Part shown: piece after piece, positions 13,480-26,273 of the stretch
Numbering within the stretch: position 1 is the first letter of the stretch
Layout of the letters: each line of letters opens with the position of its first letter
Source: Euprymna scolopes
Taxonomy: Eukaryota
Direction: 5' to 3' (one strand)
DNA: 64,000 nucleotides
Assembly: GCA_053919585.1 (NCBI GenBank)
Contig: CM132808.1
The notes under the pieces: model-generated
The model's database searches: none
What the model saw: only the letters and a program-made list of their open reading frames with translations
Told to the model about the DNA's origin: nothing
Position numbers and translations under genes: made by a program

Positions 13480-13815
13480 CCCCATCTCTTTCTTCTTCAT
13501 TGCAGCCTCTCTCTTACTGACCTAATATTGCTAGTCTCAGTCTTTTCCATAAATACGATTATGACATGCGTTCTTCAAAATTATCTGATATATTTCCTAT
13601 TTCTTTTATTTCAAGATCATTTGATTTGTTGGTCTAGTGGTCTTCATCAATTCGCAGTTTTAATACCTCATTGTAATACAGTTTTCTTTTTTCAGTAGCC
13701 TTATTATTCCAAGAACAGCAGGCTTGTAGAATTCTCATTCTGCTGACTGTTTCCACCCTAACGTTAACCTTCGTCTTTTCAAGACTAAGGTCAATAGGCA
13801 TCTCCTGTGTTTGCA
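13480..13815 (+). mobile_element. Decayed CR1/L2/Jockey-group LINE 3' fragment
   Basis: LQPLSY*PNIASLSLFHKY, similar to LQPLFHRHNAASLCLFYKY at 36.1 kb. Confidence 0.6.
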
Positions 13816-14334
13816 ATAATCATTGTTCGTTCTTGTTAGCTCCTTACATTTATAGGCTTCACGCATTTCCGTAAAAACAAACAAACAAACAAACAAAAAA
13901 TAAGACTGAGTTATTGGTTGAGTATATATGAAGCCATCAGATAATTGACGACTCACCTAGATGCATAATCAAGATGTACCATTGCTTATATTAGTCACGA
14001 CAATAAAATTAGAATATTTATTCATGGTTCAATCTAGGCTCTGCACGTTGTGATCTTGACGTCCTCTTAATAGTGTCTATTGCATGCATTAAGACGAATA
14101 GATGAATATAAACACCGTCGAATATTTATAGTTAGAATATATTTAGCTGTTAAAAGCAAAAAGAAACAAAAACAAGCGGTTTGTTTGTTACATAATTTCT
14201 TTAAAACCTTTCAATTACAATTTTTTTATCCAGAGAACCTTGGGAATAAAAGCCAACACTAAAATATGAAATCAGCAAACAAACAAACAAACAAACAAAA
14301 AATAGAAAATGTCGAACACGACAAAACATCCACA

Positions 14335-14680
14335 AGGATCCATGGCGTAGTGGATAAAGTACTTGGTAATTCAATTGTAAAAATTACACTCTTCTGGATA
14401 TTGAAAGTTCAATTCTCAGTGCGGGTAACACTACAAAATGCAATTGTGAAACACTAAGTACTTCTACTCAGTCATGGCTGACAGAACAAGAACATACTCC
14501 ACCCCATAGATTAAATAAGAGTTCGTTCGAAATTCCGTGAAAATTTCCGAGTTCTACAGAAAGATTCTTGAGTTCGACAGAAAGATTCTCGAGTTCGACA
14601 ATATAAGCCTGAAAGTCGGAGATACATCGACTGAAACGTTGTGAAAAATAATGCGAAACACATTCACCGATTAAAAAATC
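14335..14680 (+). mobile_element. tRNA-headed hammerhead-module SINE (core-deleted variant)
   Basis: A box TGGCGTAGTGG at 14343, B-box-like GTTCAATTC at 14407, CTGAA-AGTCG-loop-CGACT-GAAACGTTGTG at 14609-14643. Confidence 0.8.
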
Positions 14681-15270
14681 ACAATAAAAGTTAAAAAAAA
14701 AGAAATAAACAAAAGCAAACCCAATAAAACAACAAACATAAACTCAGTATAAAATTAAAACTATATGAAAAAAATAACAGAATAAAATCTCAATAAAAAT
14801 TTTAAGAACACAAAACAAAGAAGAAAATAGCGAACAAAAATCTGTCCTAAAGCTAATTATGTCAATAAAATCTGGCGGCAAACGGAAATATACCGTGCTG
14901 CAGCTGGTGTGATAAAACGGGGGTGGGAGTCAAAGGTTAGCTAACCTAGAGAAAACGCGCTAAAAATGCAGGTGTTGGAATATAGGTGATGGCGTCACGC
15001 CTTTGATGAAAGAAACAAAAGTATTTTTTAAAAGCCAGTCTTTTGTCGTGAGCGATTCAAACAAGATGTGTCTAACAATGTGGAGATAATCTAAGTGAGT
15101 GTTACCTTGATATTTTACCCGTCTGCGTCTCTCAATCCTTAAGACTAAGTTAGAAAACCAAGTTAAGAAGTAATTGGTTAATTAGACATTGGTTTCTCAT
15201 TTCATAAATAACTATTCTCTCTCTCAATAAAACCTTTGAAAGTGATCAAGTCTCCATTGTGTTTCCATGC

Positions 15271-15696
15271 ATGAATAGTTTTGTTCGTCTTACTAAACAG
15301 AGGTGACCAGAGGCCAACAATCACAAGAGAGTCACGGCAAATCATGAACGACAAAAGATGTTATATAAAAATAAGAACCGTACGTGAAGTCGCCCCTCCC
15401 TCGCGAAACGTATGTATAAAAAAAAGCTTTGGTTTGTTGATTTATTTTCTGGATTGTTCACTGGCTAAAACGCACATGTGCAAAAGCGCAGGATTACTTA
15501 AACGACAAAGTACAAACTCTAATTGAATGATGCAACTGCAAAATACGTTCGCATGGTTGTCTGCAATGACTGTTATTGGTTCAAGCAGTAGTTTTCATAA
15601 TTGTGTTTCGTAGGAGTAGCTGTATTTAATAACGGACAAATTGTTTTCTCTCTTTTCTCTTTCTCGTCATCTCTTCATAGCAACCATGCAATAACA
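15271..15696 (+). repeat. About 420-bp direct repeat, copy 1
   Basis: Colinear with 17995-18411; both start ATGAATAGTTTTGTTCGTCTTACTAAACAG and end GCAATAACA. Confidence 0.9.
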
Positions 15697-15714
15697 TTAT
15701 TGCTTAGTAGTGGA

Positions 15715-17715
15715 ATAACACACTATTAGCATTTCACAATCTTAGTATCATACAATATTAGCATCACACAATATAAGCATCATACAACATTAGAATCACA
15801 CAATATTAGTATCAAACAATATTAACATCCCACAGTATTAGCATCAAACAATATTAGTATCACAGAGTTAACCATCCCATAATATTAGTATCACACAATA
15901 TAAGTATTACACAGTATTAGCATCACTCAATATTAGTATCACAGAGTTAACCATCCCATAATATTAGTATCACACAATATTAGTATTACACTATATAAGC
16001 ATCACCCAATAATAGTATCACACAGTTAACCACCACTCAACATTAGTATCACACAGTATTAGTATCACACAATATTGGTATCATACAGCATTAGCATCAT
16101 ACAATATTAGCGTTACACAATATTTGTATTACACAATAATAGTGTAACACAGGTAACCATCAGACAATATTAACATCACACAATATTAGTATCACACAAT
16201 ATTAACATAACACAATATTAGTATCACACAATATTAACATCACAAAATATTAACATCACACAATATTAGTATCACACAATATTAACATCACACAATATTA
16301 ATATCACACAATATTAACATCACACAATATTAACATCACACAATATTAGTATCAAACAATATTAGTATCACACAATATTAATACCCCACAATATTAACAT
16401 CACACAATATATACATCACACAATATTAATATCACACAATATTAACATCACACACTATTAACATAACACAATATTTATATCACACAATATTAACATCACA
16501 CAATATTAATATCACACAATATTAACATCACACAATATTAATATCACACAATATTAATATCACACAATATTAACATCACACAATATTAATATCACACAAT
16601 ATTAATAACACACAATATTAGTATCACACAATATTTACATCACACAATATTTACATCACACAATATTAACATCACACACTATTAACATCACACAATATTA
16701 ACATCACACAATATTAATATCACACAATATTAACATCACACAATATTAACATCACACAATATTAATATCACACAATATTAAAACCACACCATATTAACAT
16801 CACACAATATTAACATCACACAATATTAACATCACACAATATTAATATCACACAATATTAAAACCACACAATATTAACATCACACAATATTAACATCACA
16901 CAATATTAAAATCACACAATATTAGTATCACACAATATTAACATCACACAATATTAACATCACACTATATTAATATAACATCACACAATATTAATATCAC
17001 ACAATATAAATATCACACAATATTATCATCACACCATATTAGTATTACATAATATTAGTATCACACAATATTAGCATCACACAATATTAACATCACACAA
17101 TATTAATATCACACAATATTTACATCACACAATATAAACATCACACAATATAAACATCATACAATAGTAACATCACACAATATAAACATCACACAATATT
17201 AACATCACACAATATTAGTATCACACAATATTTATATCACACATTATTAAAATAACACAATATTAATATCACACAATATTAACATCACACAATGTTAACA
17301 TCACACAATATTAACATCACACAATATGAACCTCACGCAATATTAACATCACACAATATTAACATCACACAATATTAATATCACACAATATTAACATCAC
17401 ACAATATTAATATCACAGAATATTAGTATCACACAATATTAGTATCACACAGTATTAGTTTCACACAATATTAATATCACACAATATTAACATCACACAG
17501 TATTAGTATCACACAATATTAATATCACATAATATTAACATCACACAATATTAACATCACACAGAATTAGTATCACACAATAATTATATCACACAGTTAT
17601 CATCACACAATATTAGTATCACACAATATTGGTTTCACGCAATATTGATATCACACAGTATCAGCATCACACAGTATTAGCATCACACAATATTAGCAAC
17701 ACACAGTATTAGCAA
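15715..17715. repeat. 16-bp minisatellite (CATCACACAATATTAA)n, about 2 kb
   Basis: About 125 tandem units, homogeneous in the centre and degenerate at the edges. Confidence 0.97.
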
Positions 17716-17897
17716 CATAGTTTAATGCATAACATAGACTCCTCCACCCTTTTCCCATTAATGAAAGACAAGAAAAGACTTCTAAAATATGTTTGCTAAC
17801 TTCACAAACAAAAGCCCAAGATATTTTTACTATTCCCTTCTTTCTGTCACATATTTGTTTTTTTTATCACCACTTCCTGATTGCTACATCGTTATAT

Positions 17898-17992
17898 CGT
17901 ACGACATAATCTCGTTGACACACTGGTTCTTTGTTAGATCACCAAACTTAAGCAACATTGCGTTTTGTCAGTACCAAATGGGTGGCCATTTT
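17898..17992 (+). pseudogene. 5S rRNA-derived sequence, 3'-truncated
   Basis: TACGACATAATCTCGTTGACACACTGGTTC...GATCACCAAACTTAAGCAAC...AGTACCAAATGGGTGGCC. Confidence 0.78.
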
Positions 17993-17994
17993 GA

Positions 17995-18411
17995 ATGAAT
18001 AGTTTTGTTCGTCTTACTAAACAGATGTAACCAGATGTTAACAACCACGTGAGAGTCACGATCAATCATGAACGACAAAAGAAATTACTATAAAAGTAAA
18101 AACAGCACTTGAACCCTGCGCAAACTATGTATAAAAAAAGGGTTTGGTTTGTTTGTTTTTTTGTTTTTCGGTTTTTCACTAGCGGAAGCGCACATGTGCA
18201 AAAGCGCTGGATTACTTAAATGACAATGGGTGGACTAATTGAATGGCGCAATTGCAAAATACGTTCGTATGGTTGTCTGTAATGACTGTTATTGGTTAAA
18301 TCAGGAGTTTTAATAGTTGTGTTTCGTAGGAGTAGCCGTATTGAATAACTGAAAAATTGTTTCTCTATTTTCTATTTCTTGTTATCTTTTCATATCAGTC
18401 ACGCAATAACA
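17995..18411 (+). repeat. About 420-bp direct repeat, copy 2
   Basis: See copy 1. Confidence 0.9.
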
Positions 18412-19202
18412 AGAGCACACATTATGTAGGAGGACGTCAACATCTCATTGCAAAAGTTGCAAAAATTTAGCGTTATTATATCTCTTGATGAGGATATACA
18501 TATGATTGGGGACCGCTTGTGAATTTCATATTCCCATAGAACTTTCTCCTACGGAGGAAATCAGTTCAACCTACCAAAGTTTAATGCCTCTTCATGTATG
18601 GTACATCGATATTGGAGAGCACTGTTTTCTAAATCATGTCGGTTCTATTATTTTACACTTGTCAAAAGAATTAGAAAATATTGCCTAGTTAATAATGTTG
18701 GATTCGTAAAATAAAACTAACAAAAAAATAAAACAAAAACAAAAAACAATACCAGAATTACAAAAAAGGCGTAATATAATATATCTACAATATAATGGAG
18801 GACGGTAACAGTAAATGGGAAGATAGCGATCAAACAAATTCGATATGTCCGCTTTCTTTCAGCATTCAGGCCATCTTTTCTTGTAGCTGGGGATGACGAA
18901 AAAGTAAGAAAAGATTTATTAAGACAGAAAGTGGCTAGGAAGTGGGCCGAAGTAGACAAATGAAAATGAGATCATACCAGATAATAATTGAAACAGACTA
19001 CAAGAGTCTTCTTTTGCTACATTTTTTTCTCAATCTTTAGAATTTTGTTCGAGCTAAAATTGGTCACCTTACTGAATGTTAGGCATGAATCCGCTGTCAT
19101 ACATTCCACAGAGAGATTTTAAGGGTTCTAAACGTTCCTTAAAGTGCAGTTGTTTATATCTCTCATTCCTAATCACCTTAACCTCTTTCCCGGGAATTAA
19201 TA

Positions 19203-20168
19203 CAGGGTCTCCCAAAAGAAGCTGATAGTTAAAAAATTCATAACTTTCGTAAGTTTTTATATTTTTCTTTCATTTTTTCAGATCATCTAGAGTAATCCTT
19301 CCATAGTCATTACGAGTCGTTACACTACCGAGGAGCGGATATTTATCGTAGAGTCGTATTTTCGGATGAGTATGTCAATATCAGACACTAAAAGAGAATT
19401 TCGACGAAACTTCAACACAAGAAATTCCCCTACTCCCAATGCAATAAAAGCTATGGTGGCTCGATATCATGAGCGAGGGTCTGTATATGACACCCCCTTA
19501 ATCTGGTAGACCCCGTACGGCAAGAAGTGATGAGAATCGTCATAGATTAGCAGAGTGTGGCCGAGGATCCATGCACATCAGTAAGAAGGAGATCAAGTCA
19601 AATTGGGGTCTCTCAATCATATTTTCACAAAATGCTTCATGAAGAGAGCAAATTTCCATATAAAATTCAATTGGTGCAAGAGCTTCAGCCAAACGATCCC
19701 GAAAAAAAAAATGCTGGGATACGCCATTCAATTCCAAGATTTGGCCAATGGGGATCCAAACTTTCTCAAAAACCTTATTTTATTCGATGAGGCCCATTTT
19801 CATGTGAATGGGTTTATAAATAAGTACAATTGCAGAATTTAGGGATCAGAACATCTCCACGCAACAGCATAACGGAAATTACACTCTCTCTCGAACATGT
19901 ACAGTATGGTGTAGAGTAACGGCGGGTGAAGTAATCGGAATTGGTGGACATTTGAGTAACATCCTTTTTCATAACTAAAATTAGACCTTGTGAAAAACAT
20001 ACCCTAGATTAAGTTGTGTAAATAAAATAAGAATAAGTAGACTTTGATATATTAATATATCTCCAAAAATCACGGAGAGACTCATTTAATGAAAATTGGT
20101 AAACATAACTTAAATATTGAGGAAGGTAATCAAATTTAAAATCCGTCAGTTTCTTTTGGGACACCCTG
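19203..20168 (+). mobile_element. Tc1/mariner-superfamily transposon (rosa/DD41D-like), internally deleted, decayed transposase
   Basis: TA-flanked TIRs CAGGGT(C/G)TCCCAAAAGAA(G/A)CTGA; peptides RYTTEERIFIVESYF, SGRPRTARSDEN, PYKIQLVQELQPND, FDEAHFHVNGFINKYNCRI. Confidence 0.88.
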
Positions 20169-20169
20169 T

Positions 20170-20238
<69 letters not shown>

Positions 20239-20310
20239 TAGGTAGTAGTTTGCTTGAAGCATTGTTGGTAAAGAAATATATAGAATTATTTTTTTTGTTT
20301 TTTAAAGCCG

Positions 20311-20701
20311 AAGATAATGCGGGGAAAGACCGGAATTATGAAAGTAAAGAAAGAAAAACAAACAAATGTAGACCGGTGTGCTTGAGTAGAGGAGTGTCTA
20401 GCCTTTATTCGTCTATCATTACTCATCTCAATGTATAATTATTTATAACCAAGTTGCTGGTATTTCCGGTGTATGTAAAGTCCGGGGATGGTATGGAACT
20501 TTGATTAATTCCGAGAGAAAGTGACCTCTCTTTTTCAAAAGACAAAAGTGGATTCAAGATGGTGGAAAAGAACTAATTATACATTGAGGTGAGGAATGAT
20601 AGACGAATAAAGGCTAGACACTCCTCTACTCAAGCACACCCGTCTACATTTGTTTGTTTTTCTTTCTTTACTTTCATAATTCCGGTCTTTCCCCGCATTG
20701 T

Positions 20702-20704
<3 letters not shown>
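20311..20704. repeat. About 130-bp near-identical inverted repeat with a 130-bp spacer
   Basis: 20311-20441 is the reverse complement of 20574-20703; the same peptide appears in + and - ORFs. Confidence 0.92.
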
Positions 20705-20779
<75 letters not shown>

Positions 20780-20914
20780 TTGGGTAGAGCACTGTCGTAA
20801 ATAATCTCACCCGCTAAAAAATGCGAAGCTCGCTGTTTGTTTATAAACAGGCGGTTTGAGCACTATAAAAGTGGTGGACGGATATTTGTTTAAAATAGAC
20901 ATTCGGCGAGGTTA

Positions 20915-21048
20915 TTTGCGGGCAGTGGTAGAACTGCCGACTGTCAACACGACGATTCTAGGTTCAATCCTTAGCTTGGGAGAGGTGCTAGTCTAGCACC
21001 GCTGATGAGTTGTGATGCAACGATGCAAGCCTGTATGTCGATGACTAC

Positions 21049-21050
<2 letters not shown>
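20915..21050 (+). mobile_element. Short tRNA-derived SINE remnant with a degenerate hammerhead-like motif
   Basis: GGCAGTGGTAGA A-box-like, GGTTCAATCC B box at 20961, CTGATGA-GTTG-tgatg-CAAC-GATGC at 21002-21026. Confidence 0.5.
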
Positions 21051-21131
<81 letters not shown>

Positions 21132-21134
21132 ATA

Positions 21135-21250
21135 CCGTAATTTGGGGTAATTGCGCTTACTAAAAAAGTGCTGTGTATATGCGTGGTTGCTAACAGAGCA
21201 CTTTTAGCTAGTTGGCGCAATTACCCCGGATTGGCGCAATTACTCCAAAG

Positions 21251-21255
<5 letters not shown>
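21135..21255. mobile_element. About 120-bp MITE between (TA)n tracts
   Basis: TIRs CCGTAATTTGGGGTAATTGCGC / GCGCAATTACTCCAAAGTACAG. Confidence 0.65.
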
Positions 21256-21299
<44 letters not shown>

Positions 21300-21338
21300 A
21301 CCAGTGAAATAAGCATTATGTAAAGACAAATTGAAAAG

Positions 21339-21404
<66 letters not shown>

Positions 21405-21939
21405 ACTCTTCCTATAACAAGTGCAGTTAATTTAATTTCGTTAAATGCATTGGTTGTTACGTTTACCAATGAGGTTATGTTTTTCAGTCGAGTTTATTTG
21501 TGTATAGCCGATTGTTCACAACGCTTGACCTAACGTCATCAACTTGGTCAAAATATCGGTCAACGTCGAATTTAGAACATACAATTTAAATACGTCTAGT
21601 TCGAAGCACAAGGTCACGGAAAGATTGAAAGTCACATTTTGGGCGAAAACTTCAGAGAGACGCGGTACATAGCCCATATTGTAGCCAATGAAGTCCTGCG
21701 TCTAATATAGCCTTGATCTTGAAAAATCGGTCAAGATCGAAATTTAACGGAATTTCAAATTCTGATGTTTCCAATTTACTGGTCCTCTTTTGATAAGAGT
21801 AAATGTCAGTCTGATCAAATAATAGTCTTTAAGCTATTGACATTTCCTTGGTATAACTTCAGGAATACTTCATACAATATGGAGAAGTAAGATAAGATTT
21901 TGGTTTATCCTTACGTTGTTAGGTATTCAGTCTCATGAT

Positions 21940-22655
21940 TGGTGTTCTTCGTATTATTTGGATTCTTTCGCCTACTCTTCCATCCTCAGTATTATTTTCA
22001 CAGCGTTTCGGTCGATGTAACATTCGACCTTCTTCAGATGCATCATGTCGAACTCAGGAATCTTTTTTTGCCGAACTCGTGAATCTGCACGGAACTTTTA
22101 TTATGTTATTTTTTTTCATATTTAAAAAAAAATTATGCTTGTTGTTCTATCGGGTTGGATTTTGTTTGTTTCTTTTTTTTTCCTACTTTTATCGTAGGTT
22201 TTTAATCAGTGAATATTTTTCGCATTATTTGGATTCTTCGGACTACTGTTCTCACCTTGAGTGTTATTTTCGCAATATTTCGGTTGATGTAATCTCCAAC
22301 CTTCAGGTGTTTATTGTCGAACTCGAAAATCTTTCTGTATAACTCGGGGATTTGCACGGAATTTCGAACGGAACCCTTTATTTAATCTACGGGGGTAGTA
22401 TGTTATCATCCTGTCAGCCATCCTAAATAATTCGCAACTGTATTTTGAATTTCGCCCGCACTGAGGATTGCACCTTCAACCTCTTCAATAGTGTAACTTT
22501 ACAACTGAATTTACCAAATACTTTATCCACTACGACACGTGTCCTTGCAAAGGAAAAACGAAGGTTACATCGACCGAAACGTTGTGAAAATATCATTTAA
22601 GATTAGAACGGTAGACTGAAGAATCTAAATAATACGAATAATCAATCTTCATCTT
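21940..22655 (-). mobile_element. Cluster of hammerhead-module SINEs: tail fragment (-, 21940-22100), full copy (-, 22200-22545), inverted tail (+, 22555-22655)
   Basis: Mutual alignment; A box (reverse complement TGTCGTAGTGG, 22527-22537); hammerhead motifs at 21998-22042 and 22270-22310. Confidence 0.85.
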
Positions 22656-22779
22656 TAAAAAAAACCTCAGAAATTTGTATTCTCGTTAAATATTAATTGG
22701 GCTTTTTTATGATGATTTTTAAACGAAAGGAGTCTCTCAAAAAATAATTTATTTTATCATTTTTTTTCTCTCCTTTCAG

Positions 22780-23213
22780 GTTATAATGTTGGAAATGTGT
22801 CAGCGAAGGACGCTGATCGAGATAAAATCAACAATGAAATCACTTACAACTTGCTCAATCGAACTGAAAAGTTTCGCATCAACGCTTTGAACGGTTCCCT
22901 TTATATCCTTGGCAAATTAGATAGGGAAAATCGTGAGCATTATTTTTTTAAAGTGGAAGCCATCGACCGTGGAACTCCATTGGGTAGCGACTCAGCGTTC
23001 CTGAACATCACAGTCACCGACGTAAATGATGAAATACCAAAGTTGCAAAAGTCTAATACTATTGAAATATATGAGGACACGACAGTCAACAGTTCGGTCA
23101 TAACGATCAATGCTACCGACGCCGATCTCAATCCCAGACTTCAATATCGCATTTATTCACAAAATATTCAAATTGATGGGAAAGGGATGTCTGTTAACAA
23201 AGCATCTAAAGTG
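22780..23213 (+). CDS. cadherin exon 3 (YNVGNVSAKDAD...LDRE...DVNDEIP...NKASKV), phase 1-0
   Basis: tttcag acceptor, GTG/gtaagt donor, matches ORF 22797-23258. Confidence 0.95.
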
Positions 23214-23428
23214 GTAAGTGTTTTTGGTAATTGGTTTATTCGTACTTCTACGAAATAACTTCTCAGAAGAGAAGCATTGCGTAGGGTGTTTTTGATCTCC
23301 ATCTGCGTTGTATTGTGGACAGAGGCTTTTCTCTCGGCACCAAAATCAACAGAGTCTAGGTCATTATTGAAATAGCTATTCCCTGTCGATCTGATTTGTT
23401 GCTGATCCTATGCAATTCTAAGAGATCC

Positions 23429-23502
<74 letters not shown>

Positions 23503-24508
23503 TACATCATAAGGGCTGTCCCCTTTTCACGTAAGTATAAAAATAGAGAGATTTAGTTAAAATGAAAATAAAATGAGAGAAAACGAGAATCGAACCCTAG
23601 AGATAAGTTTTAAAGAACAATAGGTTTAAATGGAATGTCCAGTAAATTGTTGATTCTGATGAAATAAATAATAAATAAACTATTCATTATTAGAAAGAAT
23701 GTGGATGATAAAATATGGGTTAAATGAATTAGATATGTAGGTTGAATTCCTTTGTGAAAACAACAAAGAAAAATGGGAAATCAGAATGCTCGGAAACGTG
23801 CAGGTCGCGCATGTTGCTGGCACGTGAATTGCGGTCACGTTGGCCGGACATGCATGGATTTCTCAATATAGGAAGTGAGAGTTAGTTAGTTAGAGAAGTC
23901 AGAAAAAGGGAGGCAGAGAGTTAGAGTCAGACAAGAGTTTGACCAGGGAAGAGAAGATTCAGTTCGAACCTTGGGCTCTGGAAGCGAGAGGGATTTAAAC
24001 AGAAAAATATGTAAAGAAAGAACCTTTGAATTCCTGAATGCAAAGCCATTGACCGGTCAAGGGAAGAATAAATGCTCATCATGTTTTTATAACTACCGTC
24101 TCCTGTGTCCATCATTACATGAAAAAGGTATTGTCAATTTATATACAAGAACTATCCGAAATTCATCATCTAAAAAATATGTTTAGAAAGTATATGTGTC
24201 GTTCTATTTATGTTATAAAAACACTCCCGTTCATACGAACTGTCAAAGCATAAATGCCAACCTGTCAATCCATCGGCATAAATGCCAACCTATCGGTCTG
24301 TCTATCTAGATATGAAAGCACCTTCTCAAAATGTATTTATATGCAATCTCTCTCATTTATAAACTCTCACTCTCTCTTTATATACATCTGTTAATGTCTC
24401 CATATCTCACAACATGATCACATACATGAACTTCAAAGATCTCTTACTTCCATGAACACTCTTAAGACGTTTATCCTTACTTTTCTCATAACATGAACTT
24501 TAAAACAT

Positions 24509-24570
<62 letters not shown>

Positions 24571-24574
<4 letters not shown>

Positions 24575-25835
24575 GTTGGTGCAAAAATAATGTCATTTGT
24601 GAAGTTTAACTTCAAAAGATCTAACTCCTTGTATTATAAACATTAGTAATCGAAATAAGAACCATTAGAATCAACACATTTATGCCAACAAGAAACAAGT
24701 TTATTTATCTCATTAGCATAGAAATCCGAAGTTTTGGCAGCGATGAAGTCATTGAAGGCTAATTCGGCATCATCTCGGCTTTTGAAGCATTTTTCGCGCA
24801 GGAAGTTGTCGAGATGCTTGAAAAAGTGATAATCGGTAGGCGAGAGATCCGGTGAATATGAAGGATGCGGCAGAGTCTCGTATCCCAATTCGTTCAACTT
24901 CTGCAGGATCAGTTGAGCAACATGCGGGCGAGCGTTTTCATGGAGGGGAATTGGTCCTTCATATGAACCAATCTTGGGCACATACGTTGGAGCTTCTGCT
25001 GCATTTCGTCAATTTGTCGGTAGTACTTTTTCGCCGTAATCGTTTCACCCGGCATTCAAGAGCCTGTGATGAAGGAGACCAGCTGCAGACTACCAAACAG
25101 TTACCATAACCTTTTTTGGTGTAATTTCGGCTTCGGAAAGTGTTGTGGAACCGTTCCGGCATCCGACCTCTGTACCAAACATCGCATGTTGTCGTGGAGG
25201 ATTCACGTCTCATCACACATCAGTCTGCCCGAAAAATGGGTCGTTTTTGTTGCACAGAAGGAGCGTAGAAGACACCTCAAAACGACGATTTTTTTTTATT
25301 ATCGTTCAAATCATGCGGCACCCATTTATCCAACTATTTGCATTAAATGGCGAACGACTATTGAGTGGTCGACCTTGAAGTCAACAGCAACTTCTCGTGT
25401 GGTTTTGCGAGGATCGGCTTCAATTAAGGCTTTCAAATGTTCGTTGTCAACCGCAGTCGGCCGACCGCGACCGTCTTCATCTTCGAGGTTCTCGTCGCCA
25501 TTGCGAAATTTCTTGAAGCACGGTTGTGCCACACGTTCGTTAGTGGCTCCTGAGCCAAACGCATCATTGATATCACGAGCTGTCTCGGCAGATTTTCGGC
25601 CTCATTTGAACTGGGACAAAAAATCGTGAGGATTTGAAGTTTGTCCATGCTGTCGAAAACCCGCAAAAAATGAATAAATAGATGGAGAACGGTTACGAAT
25701 AGCACGATTTGATAGAGCGAAAAACGCAAAAATGATATATAACGCGGCTATATATATATATCAATGAATTAATCCAGAAATCATATATAAAAGTAACATA
25801 TGTGACAAAACTATATTGTTTTTGCATCAACCTTA
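24571..25835 (-). mobile_element. Full-length (1265 bp) cecropia-subfamily, Hsmar1-like mariner; frameshifted transposase 24643-25648
   Basis: TIR TTAGGTTGGTGCAAAAATAAT, TA target in (TA)n; FKKFRNGDENLEDEDGRGRP, HENARPH, YSPDLSPTDYHFF, W.KCVDSNGSYFD. Confidence 0.95.
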
Positions 25836-25950
25836 TATATATATGTGCGTGTGTGTGTGTGTGTGTGTGCGCGCGCGCGTGTACGCATGTTTATTTATGT
25901 GCATATATTTGTCTTTGTAATTATTTATTCGTATATTATTTATATTACAG

Positions 25951-26086
25951 GATTATTTTCGTATAAACGCGATTACAGGTGAAATTTTCGTGAATGAGAA
26001 GTTGGATCGAGAAACGGCCGAATTAATTTCCTTGGGAATAGAAGTGAGCGACTTGAACGCAGTTGGAAAAAAACAAAGTTCAAAAG
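25951..26086 (+). CDS. cadherin exon 4 (DYFRINAITGEIFVNEKLDRETAELISLGIEVSDLNAVGKKQSSK-G), phase 0-1; not in the ORF track
   Basis: tacag acceptor, AG/gtatcg donor, F.I...TG.I.V...LDRE motif, phases fit both neighbours. Confidence 0.92.
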
Positions 26087-26206
26087 GTATCGTCTTCGCA
26101 ACACATTTTTGTCTCCCCTTTTCTTAATTAAATATTAGACTACCTAATAGGTTAATATTAGGATTTTGTTGATTAGATATTAAAATATCTATATCGGAAC
26201 AAGTCA

Positions 26207-26240
26207 TCTATAATATAAATCTCACCTGTCTGTTTAAATG

Positions 26241-26273
<33 letters not shown>

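Noticed and set aside
14335-14430. Functional tRNA gene
   Set aside because: A and B boxes are present but there is no convincing cloverleaf, and it is part of a dispersed repeat.
15715-17715. Regular array resembling CRISPR
   Set aside because: Head-to-tail 16-mers with no unique spacers, in a eukaryotic context.
23500-24512. Solo LTR (TGTTA...TAACA, internal AATAAA)
   Set aside because: Ends merge into microsatellites, with no TSD and no second copy in the window; a similar weak case lies at 9496-10190.
24852-25729. Several overlapping + and - ORFs
   Set aside because: Alternate frames and antisense of the broken mariner transposase.
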